64,000 bases of DNA, from the NCBI GenBank assembly GCA_040755875.1, contig JBFLZJ010000023.1:4977-68976 (forward strand), in the 5' to 3' direction. The stretch is from Pseudomonadota bacterium. Lineage in GTDB: Bacteria > Pseudomonadota > Gammaproteobacteria > Burkholderiales > Burkholderiaceae_D. The notes under the pieces were generated by a model. That model was given only the letters and a program-made list of their open reading frames with translations. It searched no databases and was not told the origin of the DNA. The position numbers and the translations under genes were made by a program. Every line of letters begins with the position of its first letter. The first letter of the stretch is position 1. Positions 19,329-28,774 of the stretch are shown here, piece by piece.

Positions 19329-20078
19329 ATGCCGTCCACCGAATCGTCTCTTACCGCAGGATCCGCCGGCGCGCAGCAAGTCATCGGCCTGATCGGCGGC
19401 ATGAGCTGGAAAAGCTCGGCCGAATACTACCGCCTCATCAACGAGGACGTGAGCAAACGCCTCGGCGGCCTGCATTCGGCGCGCTGCCTGCTGTGGTCCT
19501 TCGATTTCGCCGACATCGAAGCGCTGCAGCGTACCGACCGCTGGGACGAGGCGGCCGCGCTGATGGTCGACGCGGCCCGCCGGCTCGAGCGCGGCGGCGC
19601 CGACTTCCTCGTCATCGCCACCAATACCATGCACATCGCGGCGCCCCAGGTCCAGGCCGCCACCAGCCTGCCCCTGCTGCACATCGCCGACCCGACCGCC
19701 GAACGCATCAAGGCCGCCGGCCTGCGCCGCGTCGGCCTGCTGGGCACCGCCTTCACGATGGAGCAGGAGTTCTACAAGGGCAGGCTGGCGCGCGAGCACG
19801 GGCTCGACGTGCTGGTGCCGGAAGCGCCGGAGCGCGCCGCCGTCCACCGCATCGTCTACGAGGAGCTGGTGCGCGGCCGCATCCTGGACAGCTCGCGCAT
19901 GGCCTACCGCGAAGTCATCGCGGGGCTGGTCGCACGCGGCGCCGAGGCCATCATCCTGGGCTGCACCGAGATCATGCTCCTGATCGGTCCCGAAGACAGC
20001 CCGGTGCCCCTGTTCGACACCACCGGCCTGCACGCCGAGGCGGCGGTCCTGCGCGCGCTCGGTCTCGCGCAGGCCTGA
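19329..20078 (+). CDS. Aspartate/glutamate racemase family (YgeA-like)
   Basis: IGLIGGMSW, ATNT and ILGCTE motifs. Confidence 0.92.
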   Translation: MPSTESSLTAGSAGAQQVIGLIGGMSWKSSAEYYRLINEDVSKRLGGLHSARCLLWSFDFADIEALQRTDRWDEAAALMVDAARRLERGGADFLVIATNTMHIAAPQVQAATSLPLLHIADPTAERIKAAGLRRVGLLGTAFTMEQEFYKGRLAREHGLDVLVPEAPERAAVHRIVYEELVRGRILDSSRMAYREVIAGLVARGAEAIILGCTEIMLLIGPEDSPVPLFDTTGLHAEAAVLRALGLAQA

Positions 20079-20093
20079 GCCGGCCTCCCATCC

Positions 20094-22247
20094 TTACTGC
20101 GGCAGCCGCCAGGCGCGCAGGCTGGCCAGGACGGTGAGCAGCTCCGCCGGCTCGACCGGTTTTGCCACGTGCATCTGGAAGCCGCTCGCCAGGGCCCGCA
20201 TCCGGTCCTGCACCCTGGCGTAGGCCGTCAGCGCGACGGCGGGGGCGCCGGCGCGGCCCAGGGCTTTCTCGCGCTTGCGCAGTGCGGCGATCAGCTCGTA
20301 GCCATCCGTGTCCGGCATGCCGATGTCGCTGACGATCAGGTCGGGCTCGATGGTCTCGTACAGGACCAGCGCTTCCTGGGCGCTGGCGGCCGTCTCGACC
20401 CTGGCGTGGACGCTCAGGAGGACCGAGGCCAGCATGTGGCGGGCGTCGTCGTCGTCTTCCACCAGCAGGACCAGCGCGCCCGCCAGGCCGAAGGCTTCCG
20501 GGGCCGCGGGCAGCCGCGCCACCGGCGCCGGCGCCGGCGCCGGGTTCGCGGCCGGCTGGTCCGGGCATGCCGGAAGGGGCAGGCGCACGACGAACTGCGC
20601 GCCTTGCCCGACCCCTGCGCTGGCCGCATGCACCGTGCCGCCATGCAGCTCGACCAGGTTCTTCACGATGGCCAGGCCGAGTCCGAGCCCGCCGTGCTTG
20701 CGCGTCGAGGTCGAATCGACCTGGGTGAAGGTGTCGAAGACGCGCGGCAGGTACTCGGGCGGGATGCCGGCGCCGGTGTCGCTGACCACGATCTCGACCT
20801 CCGACGCGCTTTTCTTCAGGACCAGCTGGACCTGTCCGCCGCCGGGCGTGAACTTGATGGCGTTCGACAGCAGGTTCCACACCACCTGCTGCAGGCGCTC
20901 GGGATCGCCCGAGACGGGCCCCGCGAGCGGATCGACGGCCAGCTGCAGGTCGATGTCCTTGGCCAGGGCGGCCGGGCGCAGGGCCTCGGCGGCCGCCTCG
21001 ACCGCGGACTGCGGCGAGAACAGGCGCACATCCAGGCGCAGCTTGCCGTTGACGATGCGCGAGATGTCGAGCAGGTCCTCGACTATCTGGGCCTGCATGC
21101 GGGCATTGCGCTCGATCGTGCCGACGGCGCGCGTGCGCATCGCCTCGTCAAGCCTGCCCGAGCCGAGCATCTGGGCCCAGCCCAGGATCGAGGTCAGGGG
21201 CGTGCGCAGTTCGTGCGACACCGTGGCCAGGAAGTGGTCCTTGGCGTCGTTGGCGCGGGCCGCTTCCTCGTACAGGCGCTGCTTTTCCAGCGCGTCCTGC
21301 TCGGCCCGGCGCCGCGCGAACAGCGCTTCCTGGTAGAGGGCGGCCTTGTTCAGGCCGATCGCGGCCTGCGCAGCCAGGGTCTCGACCAGGCGCTCGTGGC
21401 TTTCGGTGAAGCGGTCGGGCTCGGCGTGGCCGAAGAACAGCCCGCCGATGACTTCGCCATTGCCGAGGCTGACGGGGGCGGCGAGGTAGGAGCAGACCGG
21501 CAGGTGCCCCGGCGGCATGCCGTGGTGGGGCGCCATCTTGCCGTAGCGCGGATCGCGCCGGATGTCGCCGCTGCGGATGGCCTTCTCGCCGCGGAAGGTC
21601 GGGCCGAACAGGTGGGTGGCGCGGGGCAGCGGGAACTGGCTGAAGTGTTCCTTCGGCACCCCGGCAATCGTGTACAGCGTATAGCTTTCGCCCTTTTCGT
21701 CCTTCACGTTGTAGAAGAAGGCGCCGAACTGGGCGCCGGTCAACTGCGTCGCGGCGTCGGTCACGGCCTGCACGATCTTCTCGTGGTCGAGCTCCTGCAG
21801 GATCAGGAGGCCGATGGCGTGCAGGGCGGCGCGCTCCCTTTCCTGCTGGAGATGGGGACGTGCGTCCTGCACCTCGATCACGGTGCCGACCACCCTGCCG
21901 TCGCGATGGACCAGGCTGGCCGTGAAGTGGACAGGATAGAAGCTGCCGTCGCGGTGCACGAAGGTCTCCTCGCCGCGTTCCTGCATGTTCAGGGGCGCGG
22001 CCCGGTCGATCGGGCATTCCGCGAGCGGATAAGGCGAGCCGTCCGGCCGCGTGTGGTGAACGAAATCGTGCAGCGGGGCGCCCAGGACTTCATCGAGGCG
22101 ATAGCCGGTGAGCTGCTCGGCGGCCGGGTTCATGTAGACGCAACACTGGCCTTCGTCCATCACGAAAAGCGCGACGGTGGCGTTCTCGCAGACATCCTGG
22201 AGGTGGGACAGCAGACTTTGATCGAGGGGCGCGGACACGTGCAACAT
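20094..22247 (-). CDS. Hybrid sensor histidine kinase (PAS-GAF-HisKA-HATPase-REC)
   Basis: SHELRTPL H-box, NLLSNAIKF, DTGAGI, GGLGLGL, and a receiver with SDIGMP and KP. Confidence 0.95.
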   Translation of the reverse strand: MLHVSAPLDQSLLSHLQDVCENATVALFVMDEGQCCVYMNPAAEQLTGYRLDEVLGAPLHDFVHHTRPDGSPYPLAECPIDRAAPLNMQERGEETFVHRDGSFYPVHFTASLVHRDGRVVGTVIEVQDARPHLQQERERAALHAIGLLILQELDHEKIVQAVTDAATQLTGAQFGAFFYNVKDEKGESYTLYTIAGVPKEHFSQFPLPRATHLFGPTFRGEKAIRSGDIRRDPRYGKMAPHHGMPPGHLPVCSYLAAPVSLGNGEVIGGLFFGHAEPDRFTESHERLVETLAAQAAIGLNKAALYQEALFARRRAEQDALEKQRLYEEAARANDAKDHFLATVSHELRTPLTSILGWAQMLGSGRLDEAMRTRAVGTIERNARMQAQIVEDLLDISRIVNGKLRLDVRLFSPQSAVEAAAEALRPAALAKDIDLQLAVDPLAGPVSGDPERLQQVVWNLLSNAIKFTPGGGQVQLVLKKSASEVEIVVSDTGAGIPPEYLPRVFDTFTQVDSTSTRKHGGLGLGLAIVKNLVELHGGTVHAASAGVGQGAQFVVRLPLPACPDQPAANPAPAPAPVARLPAAPEAFGLAGALVLLVEDDDDARHMLASVLLSVHARVETAASAQEALVLYETIEPDLIVSDIGMPDTDGYELIAALRKREKALGRAGAPAVALTAYARVQDRMRALASGFQMHVAKPVEPAELLTVLASLRAWRLPQ

Positions 22248-22413
22248 GGAAAAAATATGATTGCCTGATTATACGTGTGCCCGGCAGAAACGCCGCGCAT
22301 GCCGCCGCGTGGGCCGTCGTGTGGCCGCTACGCGGCGCCGGTCGGCCACGCCGGCGAACCGAAGGACTGGCCGGGCCGGGCGACGCGGCCAGGTCCTGGT
22401 CGAGACGGGCGCT

Positions 22414-22893
22414 TCAGCCGCGCCGCGCGGCTTCGATGGCGGCGATGTCGATCTTCCCCATGCCCATCATCGCTTCGAAGGCCCGCTTCGCCGCCGCCGC
22501 ATCGGGGTCGGCGATGGCCTCGGTGAGGACGCGCGGCGTGATCTGCCAGGACAGGCCCCATTTGTCCTTGCACCAGCCGCAGGCGCTTTCCTGGCCGCCG
22601 TTGCCGACGATGGCATTCCACAGGCGGTCGGTCTCCGCCTGGTCGTCGGTCGCCACCTGGAAGGAAAACGCCTCGCTGTGGCGGAAGGCCGGGCCGCCGT
22701 TCAGGCCGAGGCAAGGGATGCCCATCACCGTGAATTCGACGGTCAGGACATCGCCCTGCTTCCCGGCGGGGTAGTCGCCCGGGGCGCGATGCACCGCTTT
22801 GACTTCGCTGTCCGGAAACGTCTCGGCATAGAACTGGGCGGCGTCCAGCGCCGTACCGTTGAACCACAGGCAAATCGTGTTTTTGCTGACCAT
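22414..22893 (-). CDS. VOC family protein (PhnB / 3-demethylubiquinone-9 3-methyltransferase-like)
   Basis: ICLWFNGTALDAAQFY, LNGGP and CGWCKDKWGLSWQI motifs. Confidence 0.92.
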   Translation of the reverse strand: MVSKNTICLWFNGTALDAAQFYAETFPDSEVKAVHRAPGDYPAGKQGDVLTVEFTVMGIPCLGLNGGPAFRHSEAFSFQVATDDQAETDRLWNAIVGNGGQESACGWCKDKWGLSWQITPRVLTEAIADPDAAAAKRAFEAMMGMGKIDIAAIEAARRG

Positions 22894-22965
22894 GGCATTT
22901 CTCCGACGGTTGAGGAAACGATAGCGTGAATCAGGATCGGCGTTCCGGGCGCAATGATGGCCTGC

Positions 22966-23877
22966 TTACGGCGCCAGCGCAATCACTTCGTCGCCCGGCA
23001 TCGGCCGGCACTCGGCGCCCAGCGGCTCCCAGCCCCGCCGCACCACGATGCGCTCGCGGTCGTGGCAGACCTCCACGCGCCGCGTTCCCGGCGCCTCGCG
23101 GCGCACGAAGTCCTCGATCGCGGCGGGCACGCTCACGCGCAGCGCGAGGGCATGGACGTCGTCGAGCGGATGATCGTTCAGGTGCACCAGCGGCACGAAC
23201 TGGCCGGCGAACATCAGCAGGCGCGAGGGAATCCGGACCGGGCCGGCCGTGTAGCCCTGGCCGCGCAGCCAGTCCTGGGCTGCCTCGCGCACGCCAGCGC
23301 GTGCGCCGGCCCGGCTGCCGGGATGGCCCCAGGCGCTGGCGATCAGCTCGGCCAACCACTGGTTGCAGTTCTGGTAGCGCGTGCCGAAGGCATAGGCGTT
23401 GGCGCTGTACTGGCCGGCCAGCAGCGACAGCGCCAGCGGCTTGTCGAGCGCCGCCTGGGCCAGGGATGCGGCTTTGTCCTCGGGCGGGAACAGCAGCGCG
23501 ACGTGGCCGCGCGCGGGCGCATCCGCGCCCAGGGCGAAGCCGGCCACGCCCTGGTCGAACAGGCGCGGGCGCGATTCCTCGCAGGCGTAGTAGAGCTGGC
23601 GCACCGCCCAGGGGCCGCCCGGATTGTCCTTCAGGGCGATGCCGGCATGCGAGTAGAGCAGGCCGAAGCGGGAGAGGTCGACGCCGGCGCGCGCGATCAG
23701 GGCCACCTCCTGGCCCGAGCGTTCGAGCTCGGCCTTGACCGCGCCGGCGAAGCGCAGCACGCGGTCCTGGTCGGCGGCCGTGATCGCCCGCGGCCGCTCG
23801 CAGAAGGTGGGAAGGCCGGCCCAGGCGCCGCCGCAGGCGGACAGCGCAAGCAGGGCGGCGCCGGCGCGCAGGAACAT
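22966..23877 (-). CDS. DUF2145-type secreted protein, probable permuted papain-like fold
   Basis: Signal peptide; ALIARAGVDLSRFGLLYSHAG and YSANAYAFGTRYQNCNQW. It is the real 3' part of track ORF 22966..25581. Confidence 0.8.
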   Translation of the reverse strand: MFLRAGAALLALSACGGAWAGLPTFCERPRAITAADQDRVLRFAGAVKAELERSGQEVALIARAGVDLSRFGLLYSHAGIALKDNPGGPWAVRQLYYACEESRPRLFDQGVAGFALGADAPARGHVALLFPPEDKAASLAQAALDKPLALSLLAGQYSANAYAFGTRYQNCNQWLAELIASAWGHPGSRAGARAGVREAAQDWLRGQGYTAGPVRIPSRLLMFAGQFVPLVHLNDHPLDDVHALALRVSVPAAIEDFVRREAPGTRRVEVCHDRERIVVRRGWEPLGAECRPMPGDEVIALAP

Positions 23878-24341
23878 CAGATCGCGACTTGTTGCGAGCC
23901 CAGTTCGCGGTACCAGTCGTCCTGCAGGGCCAGGAAGAAGGGCTGCTTGTCGTCGGCGTGGGCGAATTCGTAGCCGTAGACGCGCTCGTCGACGCGCACC
24001 AGTTCGCCCGCGTTCACGCCGCGCTCGGCCAGGGCGCGGTTCGGCACGTCGAGGTAGAACTCGCGCACCGGGCCGGCGGCGGTGGCGCGCAGGGTCATAC
24101 GGGTGGTGTCCGTCTTGGCCGGCGCCTGGGCGATGTCGATCACGCGGTATTCGCCCGCGGCCACGCGGCGGTCGTCGCCCGAACTGTCGCTCGAGGCGCC
24201 GATCGAATCGGAAACGCTGCCCGACGAGGCGGAACCCGCGCTCGAGGCCACGGAGGAAGCGCTGTCGGCATGGGCCGGCAGGGCGCAGGCGGCGGCAAGG
24301 GCGGCCAGGCAAATGGCGCGGGAGAAAATAGAAATGGTCAT
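23877..24341 (-). CDS. Secreted hypothetical protein, partner of DUF2145
   Basis: Signal peptide ending PAHA|D; Ser-rich SSVASSAGSASSGSVSDS; translationally coupled to the next gene. Confidence 0.75.
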   Translation of the reverse strand: MTISIFSRAICLAALAAACALPAHADSASSVASSAGSASSGSVSDSIGASSDSSGDDRRVAAGEYRVIDIAQAPAKTDTTRMTLRATAAGPVREFYLDVPNRALAERGVNAGELVRVDERVYGYEFAHADDKQPFFLALQDDWYRELGSQQVAI

Positions 24342-24475
24342 GGAAGTCTTTCGTGGTCGAGCAGAATGCGCATATGGTACAAGCCCGGGGCGCTGCTGAG
24401 AAGGCGCACTCGTGCGGCTTGTCCGATTGTGCCGACGAAGTGGTGAGCGCCAACGCGCTTGCTGGCCCATACCCG

Positions 24476-24640
24476 CAGGGTGGACGGCTCCACCCTGACG
24501 CCCGCGCCCACGCCGCGTGGACGCCGCCCGCGCGTTCAGCCACGCATGCGGGCCGCGGCCGGATCGAAGCCGCTTGAACGCCTGGGCGCCGTCCCGGCAG
24601 CGTGTGCACGCAGGATCGGGCGCAGCCGCCCACCCTACGG
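24476..24640. repeat. Degenerate REP doublet
   Basis: gcagggtggacggctcc...ccgcccgcgcgt on the left; gggcg..cgcccaccctacgg ending at 24640 on the right. Confidence 0.55.
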
Positions 24641-24655
24641 CCGGCGCGCTGCTTG

Positions 24656-24703
24656 TGCAAATAAAATTTGCATCCGGGCCGGCGTATGCAAAGCTTGTTT
24701 GCA
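24656..24703. promoter_or_regulatory. Two TGCAAA-N5-TTTGCA palindromes (putative operator pair)
   Basis: TGCAAATAAAATTTGCA at 24656-24672 and TGCAAAGCTTGTTTGCA at 24687-24703, in the divergent intergenic region. Confidence 0.6.
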
Positions 24704-24807
24704 CAGTTGTCATATTCACCATCATTTCGACGATGTCCTCTAGTTCCTGCCCGGCTAGGCCGCATTGCTTTGGCGTACACTATGGCGATAACAACAAGGA
24801 TCCACCG

Positions 24808-25329
24808 ATGGAGACTAGCCGCAGAACCTTCCTGAAGTCGGGCGCATTGGCCGCGCTCGTCCTGGCCGCCGGCGGCGGCATCTGGCGCGCCACCCAGGCG
24901 CCGGCGCCGCGGCGCTTCGTGCTCGACGGCGAGGCGCGCGCCGCGCTGGGCGCCATCGTGCCGGCGATCCTGGCCGGCGCCTTGCCGCCTGATGCCGCCG
25001 AACGCAAGGCCGCCATCGCCGCCGCCATCGAAGGCGTGCATGCCGCCATCGACAAGTTGCCCCTGGCCGTGCAGAAAGAGATCCAGGACCTGTTCGGCCT
25101 GCTCGCGCTGGCGCCGGCGCGCAGGCTGCTCACGGGGATCTCCGGCGGCTGGGGCGCGGCCCGCGAAAGCGAGGTCGCGGCCTTCCTGCAGGACTGGCGC
25201 ACCCACCGCTTCGCCCTGCTGCGCACCGCCTACGGCGCGCTGCACGACCTGGCGCTGGGCGCCTGGTATACCCAGCCCGCCAGCTGGCACGCGATCGGCT
25301 ATCCCGGCCCGATCAAAGAACTGTCCTGA
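24808..25329 (+). CDS. Twin-arginine signal protein (LaoB-like / gluconate dehydrogenase subunit-3-like)
   Basis: SRRTFLK Tat motif; C-terminal WHAIGYPGP; coupled to the GMC gene. Confidence 0.82.
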   Translation: METSRRTFLKSGALAALVLAAGGGIWRATQAPAPRRFVLDGEARAALGAIVPAILAGALPPDAAERKAAIAAAIEGVHAAIDKLPLAVQKEIQDLFGLLALAPARRLLTGISGGWGAARESEVAAFLQDWRTHRFALLRTAYGALHDLALGAWYTQPASWHAIGYPGPIKELS

Positions 25330-25339
25330 GGAAGCGGCC

Positions 25340-26983
25340 ATGATCGAACAAGCCATCCAACCCGCCGCCGGCATCGTTCCGGACCCGATCAGGGACGGCA
25401 TCGCGCGCGGCTGGAAGATCCTCGACGCCTCGACGCTGGAAACCGACCGGACGCTGGAGGCCGACGTGGTCATCGTCGGCAGCGGCGCCGGCGGCGGCGT
25501 GACGGCCGAGATCCTGGCGCTGGCCGGCCTGAAGGTGCTGATCCTGGAAGAGGGCGCGCTGCGCTCCTCGCGGGACTTCAAGATGCGCGAGGCCGATGCC
25601 TACCCTTCGCTCTACCAGGAGTCGGCCGCGCGCCAGACCCTCGACAAGGGCATCAAGATCCTGCAGGGGCGCACCGTCGGCGGCTCGACCACCGTCAACT
25701 GGACCTCGAGCTTCCGCACCCCCACGCCCACGCTCGACTACTGGCGTGCGAACTTCGGCCTGGCCGGCTTCGACATCGAGTCGATGGCGCACTGGTTCGC
25801 CGTCATGGAAGCGCGCCTGAACGTGAGCGACTGGCAGGCGGCGCCGAACGAGAACAACGACCTGCTCAAGCGCGGCGCCGACAAGCTCGGCATCTCCTCC
25901 GGCCTCATCCGCCGCAACGTCCGCGGCTGCTGGAACCTCGGCTACTGCGGCATGGGCTGCCCGACCAACGCCAAGCAGTCGATGCTGGTCACCACCATTC
26001 CCTCGGCGCTCGACCATGGCGCCCAGCTCGTCACGCGCGCCCGCGCCGAACGCTTCGTGTTCAAGGGCGACCGCGCCGACGAGCTGCTCGCCACCTGCCT
26101 GCAGCCCGACGGCGTGGCGCCGAACGGCCGCAGCCTGCGCCTGCGCGCCAAGCATTTCGTGGTGGCCGGCGGCGCCATCAATTCGCCGGCGCTCCTGATG
26201 CGCTCGAACGCGCCCGACCCCAGGAACCTGCTCGGCAAACGCACCTTCCTGCATCCGACCCTGATCTCGGCCGGCATCTTCCCGCAGCGCGTGGACGCCT
26301 GGGCCGGCGCGCCGCAGACCGTGTATTCCGACCACTTCCTGCACACCGCGCCGATCGACGGCCCGATGGGCTACAAGCTGGAAGCGCCGCCGCTGCATCC
26401 GGTGCTGCTGTCGACGACGATGAACGGCTTCGGCCGGGACCATGCCGCGATGATGCGCCAGTTCCCGCACATCCAGGGCATGCTGGCCCTGTTGCGCGAC
26501 GGCTTCCATGAAGACTCGCCGGGCGGCGCGGTGCGGCTCAAGGACGGCGCCGGCGTGCTCGACTATCCGCTCAACGACTTCCTCTGGGACGGCGCCCGCC
26601 GCGCCCTGCTCACGATGGCGGAAATCCAGTTCGCCGCCGGCGCCAACAGCGTGCGTCCGGCCCACGAGACCGCCCGCGCCTACACGAGCTGGGCCGAGGC
26701 GAAGCGCGAGATCGCGGCGCTGCCCCAGCAACTGCACATGACGCGCGTGGCCTCGGCCCACGTGATGGGCGGCTGCACCATGTCCGGCGACGAGCGCCTC
26801 GGCGTCACCGCGCCCGACGGGCGCTACCGGGGCGTGGCCAACCTGTCCGTGCACGACGGCTCTCTGTTCCCGACCTCGATCGGTGCCAACCCCCAGCTCT
26901 CGATCTACGGCATCACGGCGCGCCTGGCGAGCGGCCTGGCGCACGATCTGACCGGCAGGCCGGCGCCGCGACTCGCGGGGTGA
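25340..26983 (+). CDS. GMC family oxidoreductase (LaoA-like long-chain alcohol dehydrogenase)
   Basis: GSGAGG FAD motif, GRTVGGSTTVN, SAHVMGG and GANPQLSIY. Confidence 0.92.
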   Translation: MIEQAIQPAAGIVPDPIRDGIARGWKILDASTLETDRTLEADVVIVGSGAGGGVTAEILALAGLKVLILEEGALRSSRDFKMREADAYPSLYQESAARQTLDKGIKILQGRTVGGSTTVNWTSSFRTPTPTLDYWRANFGLAGFDIESMAHWFAVMEARLNVSDWQAAPNENNDLLKRGADKLGISSGLIRRNVRGCWNLGYCGMGCPTNAKQSMLVTTIPSALDHGAQLVTRARAERFVFKGDRADELLATCLQPDGVAPNGRSLRLRAKHFVVAGGAINSPALLMRSNAPDPRNLLGKRTFLHPTLISAGIFPQRVDAWAGAPQTVYSDHFLHTAPIDGPMGYKLEAPPLHPVLLSTTMNGFGRDHAAMMRQFPHIQGMLALLRDGFHEDSPGGAVRLKDGAGVLDYPLNDFLWDGARRALLTMAEIQFAAGANSVRPAHETARAYTSWAEAKREIAALPQQLHMTRVASAHVMGGCTMSGDERLGVTAPDGRYRGVANLSVHDGSLFPTSIGANPQLSIYGITARLASGLAHDLTGRPAPRLAG

Positions 26984-26987
26984 AGCG

Positions 26988-27986
26988 ATGAACGCCAGGC
27001 GCATGACACGGCTGGTGCTGCTGGTGCAGGCGCTGGCGGCGCTGGCGATCGGCCTGGCCGTCTGGCGCTGGGGCGGCGCGCCGCCCTGGCTCGCGGCCAT
27101 CGTCGGCCCCGGCTGCGTGGTGCTGGTGCGCCTCCTGATCAACATGAACAACTTCCTGCTCAGCGCCTTCTTCGCCAGCCCGACGCCGCCGGCCTACCGC
27201 GTAGGCCCTGGCGCCTTCGCGCGCATGCTGGCCGCCGAGTTCAGGGCCAGCATGCTGGCCACCTCCTGGCTGATGCCGCGCGCCACGTCCTGCCTGCGCG
27301 TCTATCCGGATGCGCCCACCGTGCCCGTGCTGCTGGTGCACGGCTATGGCTGCAACGGCGGCTACTGGGCCGGTCTCGGCCGGCGCCTCGAGCGCGCGCG
27401 CATCAGCCACGCCACCGTCGACCTGGTGCCGCTGGCCGGCGATATCGATGGCTATGTGCCGCTGGTCGAGCGCGCGGTCGAGGAGCTGCGCGCCGCTACC
27501 GGCGCCGGTCAGGTGGCGATCGTCGCCCACAGCATGGGCGGGCTGGTGGCGCGCGCCTGGATGCGCAGGCACGGCGCCGCGCGGTTGGCGCGCCTGGTCA
27601 CGCTCGGCACGCCGCACTTCGGCACCGGCCTGGCGCGCTTCGGGCTGGGCGTGAACGCCCGGCAGATGGGACGCCGGGGCGACGCCGCCAGCGCCTGGCT
27701 GCGGGCGCTGGCCGACAGCGAGGACCGCGAGCGCCGCGCCCTCGTCACCTCGATCTACTCGCACCACGACAACATCGTTTCGCCCCAGACGTCCAGCGAG
27801 CTGCCCGGCGCGCGCAACATCGCCTTCGGCGGCGTCGGCCACGTGGCGCTGGGACACGATGCGCGCGTGCTGGATGCCGTCATGGACGAGCTGGCGGCGC
27901 TCGCCGCCGGCCCGGGCCAAGCCCCGGGTCAGGCGTCGGCTTGCGCCGCCGATCAGGCATCGCGGCGGGCCGCTCCACCGGCGTGA
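26988..27986 (+). CDS. Membrane-anchored alpha/beta hydrolase (lipase/esterase-like)
   Basis: LVHGY oxyanion motif, AHSMGG nucleophile elbow, DNIV and GHV; N-terminal TM segments. Confidence 0.88.
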   Translation: MNARRMTRLVLLVQALAALAIGLAVWRWGGAPPWLAAIVGPGCVVLVRLLINMNNFLLSAFFASPTPPAYRVGPGAFARMLAAEFRASMLATSWLMPRATSCLRVYPDAPTVPVLLVHGYGCNGGYWAGLGRRLERARISHATVDLVPLAGDIDGYVPLVERAVEELRAATGAGQVAIVAHSMGGLVARAWMRRHGAARLARLVTLGTPHFGTGLARFGLGVNARQMGRRGDAASAWLRALADSEDRERRALVTSIYSHHDNIVSPQTSSELPGARNIAFGGVGHVALGHDARVLDAVMDELAALAAGPGQAPGQASACAADQASRRAAPPA

Positions 27987-27997
27987 TACAGTCCGTC

Positions 27998-28720
27998 ATG
28001 ACGACTTCCGGAGCCAACGTGGCGGCACGCATCCATATCCTCGACGACGATCCCCAGTCCTTTGCCGCCATGGCGCGCCTGTTGCGCGAGCGCGGCCATG
28101 TCGTCAACACCGGCGCCCACGATCCGCTGCCGCCCGACCTGGTGCTGTGCGCCGCGCGCCATGACCGCGCCATCGGCCTGGCGGCAGGCAAGCGCGGCGC
28201 GCTGGTGGTGCTGGCCGGCCCCGGCGAAACCCGCGAGCGCGACGCCCTGCTGGCCGCCGGGTTCGACGGCTACATCGCGCTGCCCTTCGAGGCCGGCAGC
28301 TTCGCCGACGAAGTCGAGGCCTTCCTGCCGGCGCCGGCGCCGGCCCTGCTGCTGGTCGACGACGACGCCTTCATGCTCGAGGTCCTGGCCGACCTGGTGG
28401 AGCAGGAGGGCTGGCGCGTGCTGACCGCATCCTCGGGCGAACAGGCGCTGGCCCGGCTTGCGCGCGAGCCGGCGGCGGTGGTGGTAAGCGACCATTTCAT
28501 GCCGGGCATGCGCGGCGCGGCGCTGCTGGCGCAGGTGCGGCGCCTGTATCCGGCCACGGTGCGCATCCTGCTTTCCGGCGAGGTGGAAGAGGAAGAGATC
28601 CAGGAGGCGCTGGAGAGCGGCGCCGCCGACCGCTTCTACGCCAAGCCCTGGATGGGCGAGGCGTTGATGGCGGCCCTGCGCGAGGCCGCGCTTCTTCAGC
28701 GCAGGCGCGCGAGCGTTTAG
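27998..28720 (+). CDS. Response regulator with a degenerate and an intact receiver, no output domain
   Basis: C-terminal LLVDDD...SDHFMPG...LLSG...KPW; the N-terminal REC is degenerate. Confidence 0.8.
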   Translation: MTTSGANVAARIHILDDDPQSFAAMARLLRERGHVVNTGAHDPLPPDLVLCAARHDRAIGLAAGKRGALVVLAGPGETRERDALLAAGFDGYIALPFEAGSFADEVEAFLPAPAPALLLVDDDAFMLEVLADLVEQEGWRVLTASSGEQALARLAREPAAVVVSDHFMPGMRGAALLAQVRRLYPATVRILLSGEVEEEEIQEALESGAADRFYAKPWMGEALMAALREAALLQRRRASV

Positions 28721-28774
28721 AATCCACGTTCTAGCGGGCGCTCCTACAATGGGCCGATAGCGAATGAGGATGCA

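Noticed and set aside
20169-22268. 699-aa plus-strand ORF and similar long antisense ORFs across the window
   Set aside because: Shadow ORFs opposite well-supported genes (here the hybrid kinase).
22966-25581. 871-aa minus-strand ORF as a single giant protein
   Set aside because: Only 22966-23877 (DUF2145-like) is credible; the upstream part overlaps other real genes and a REP.
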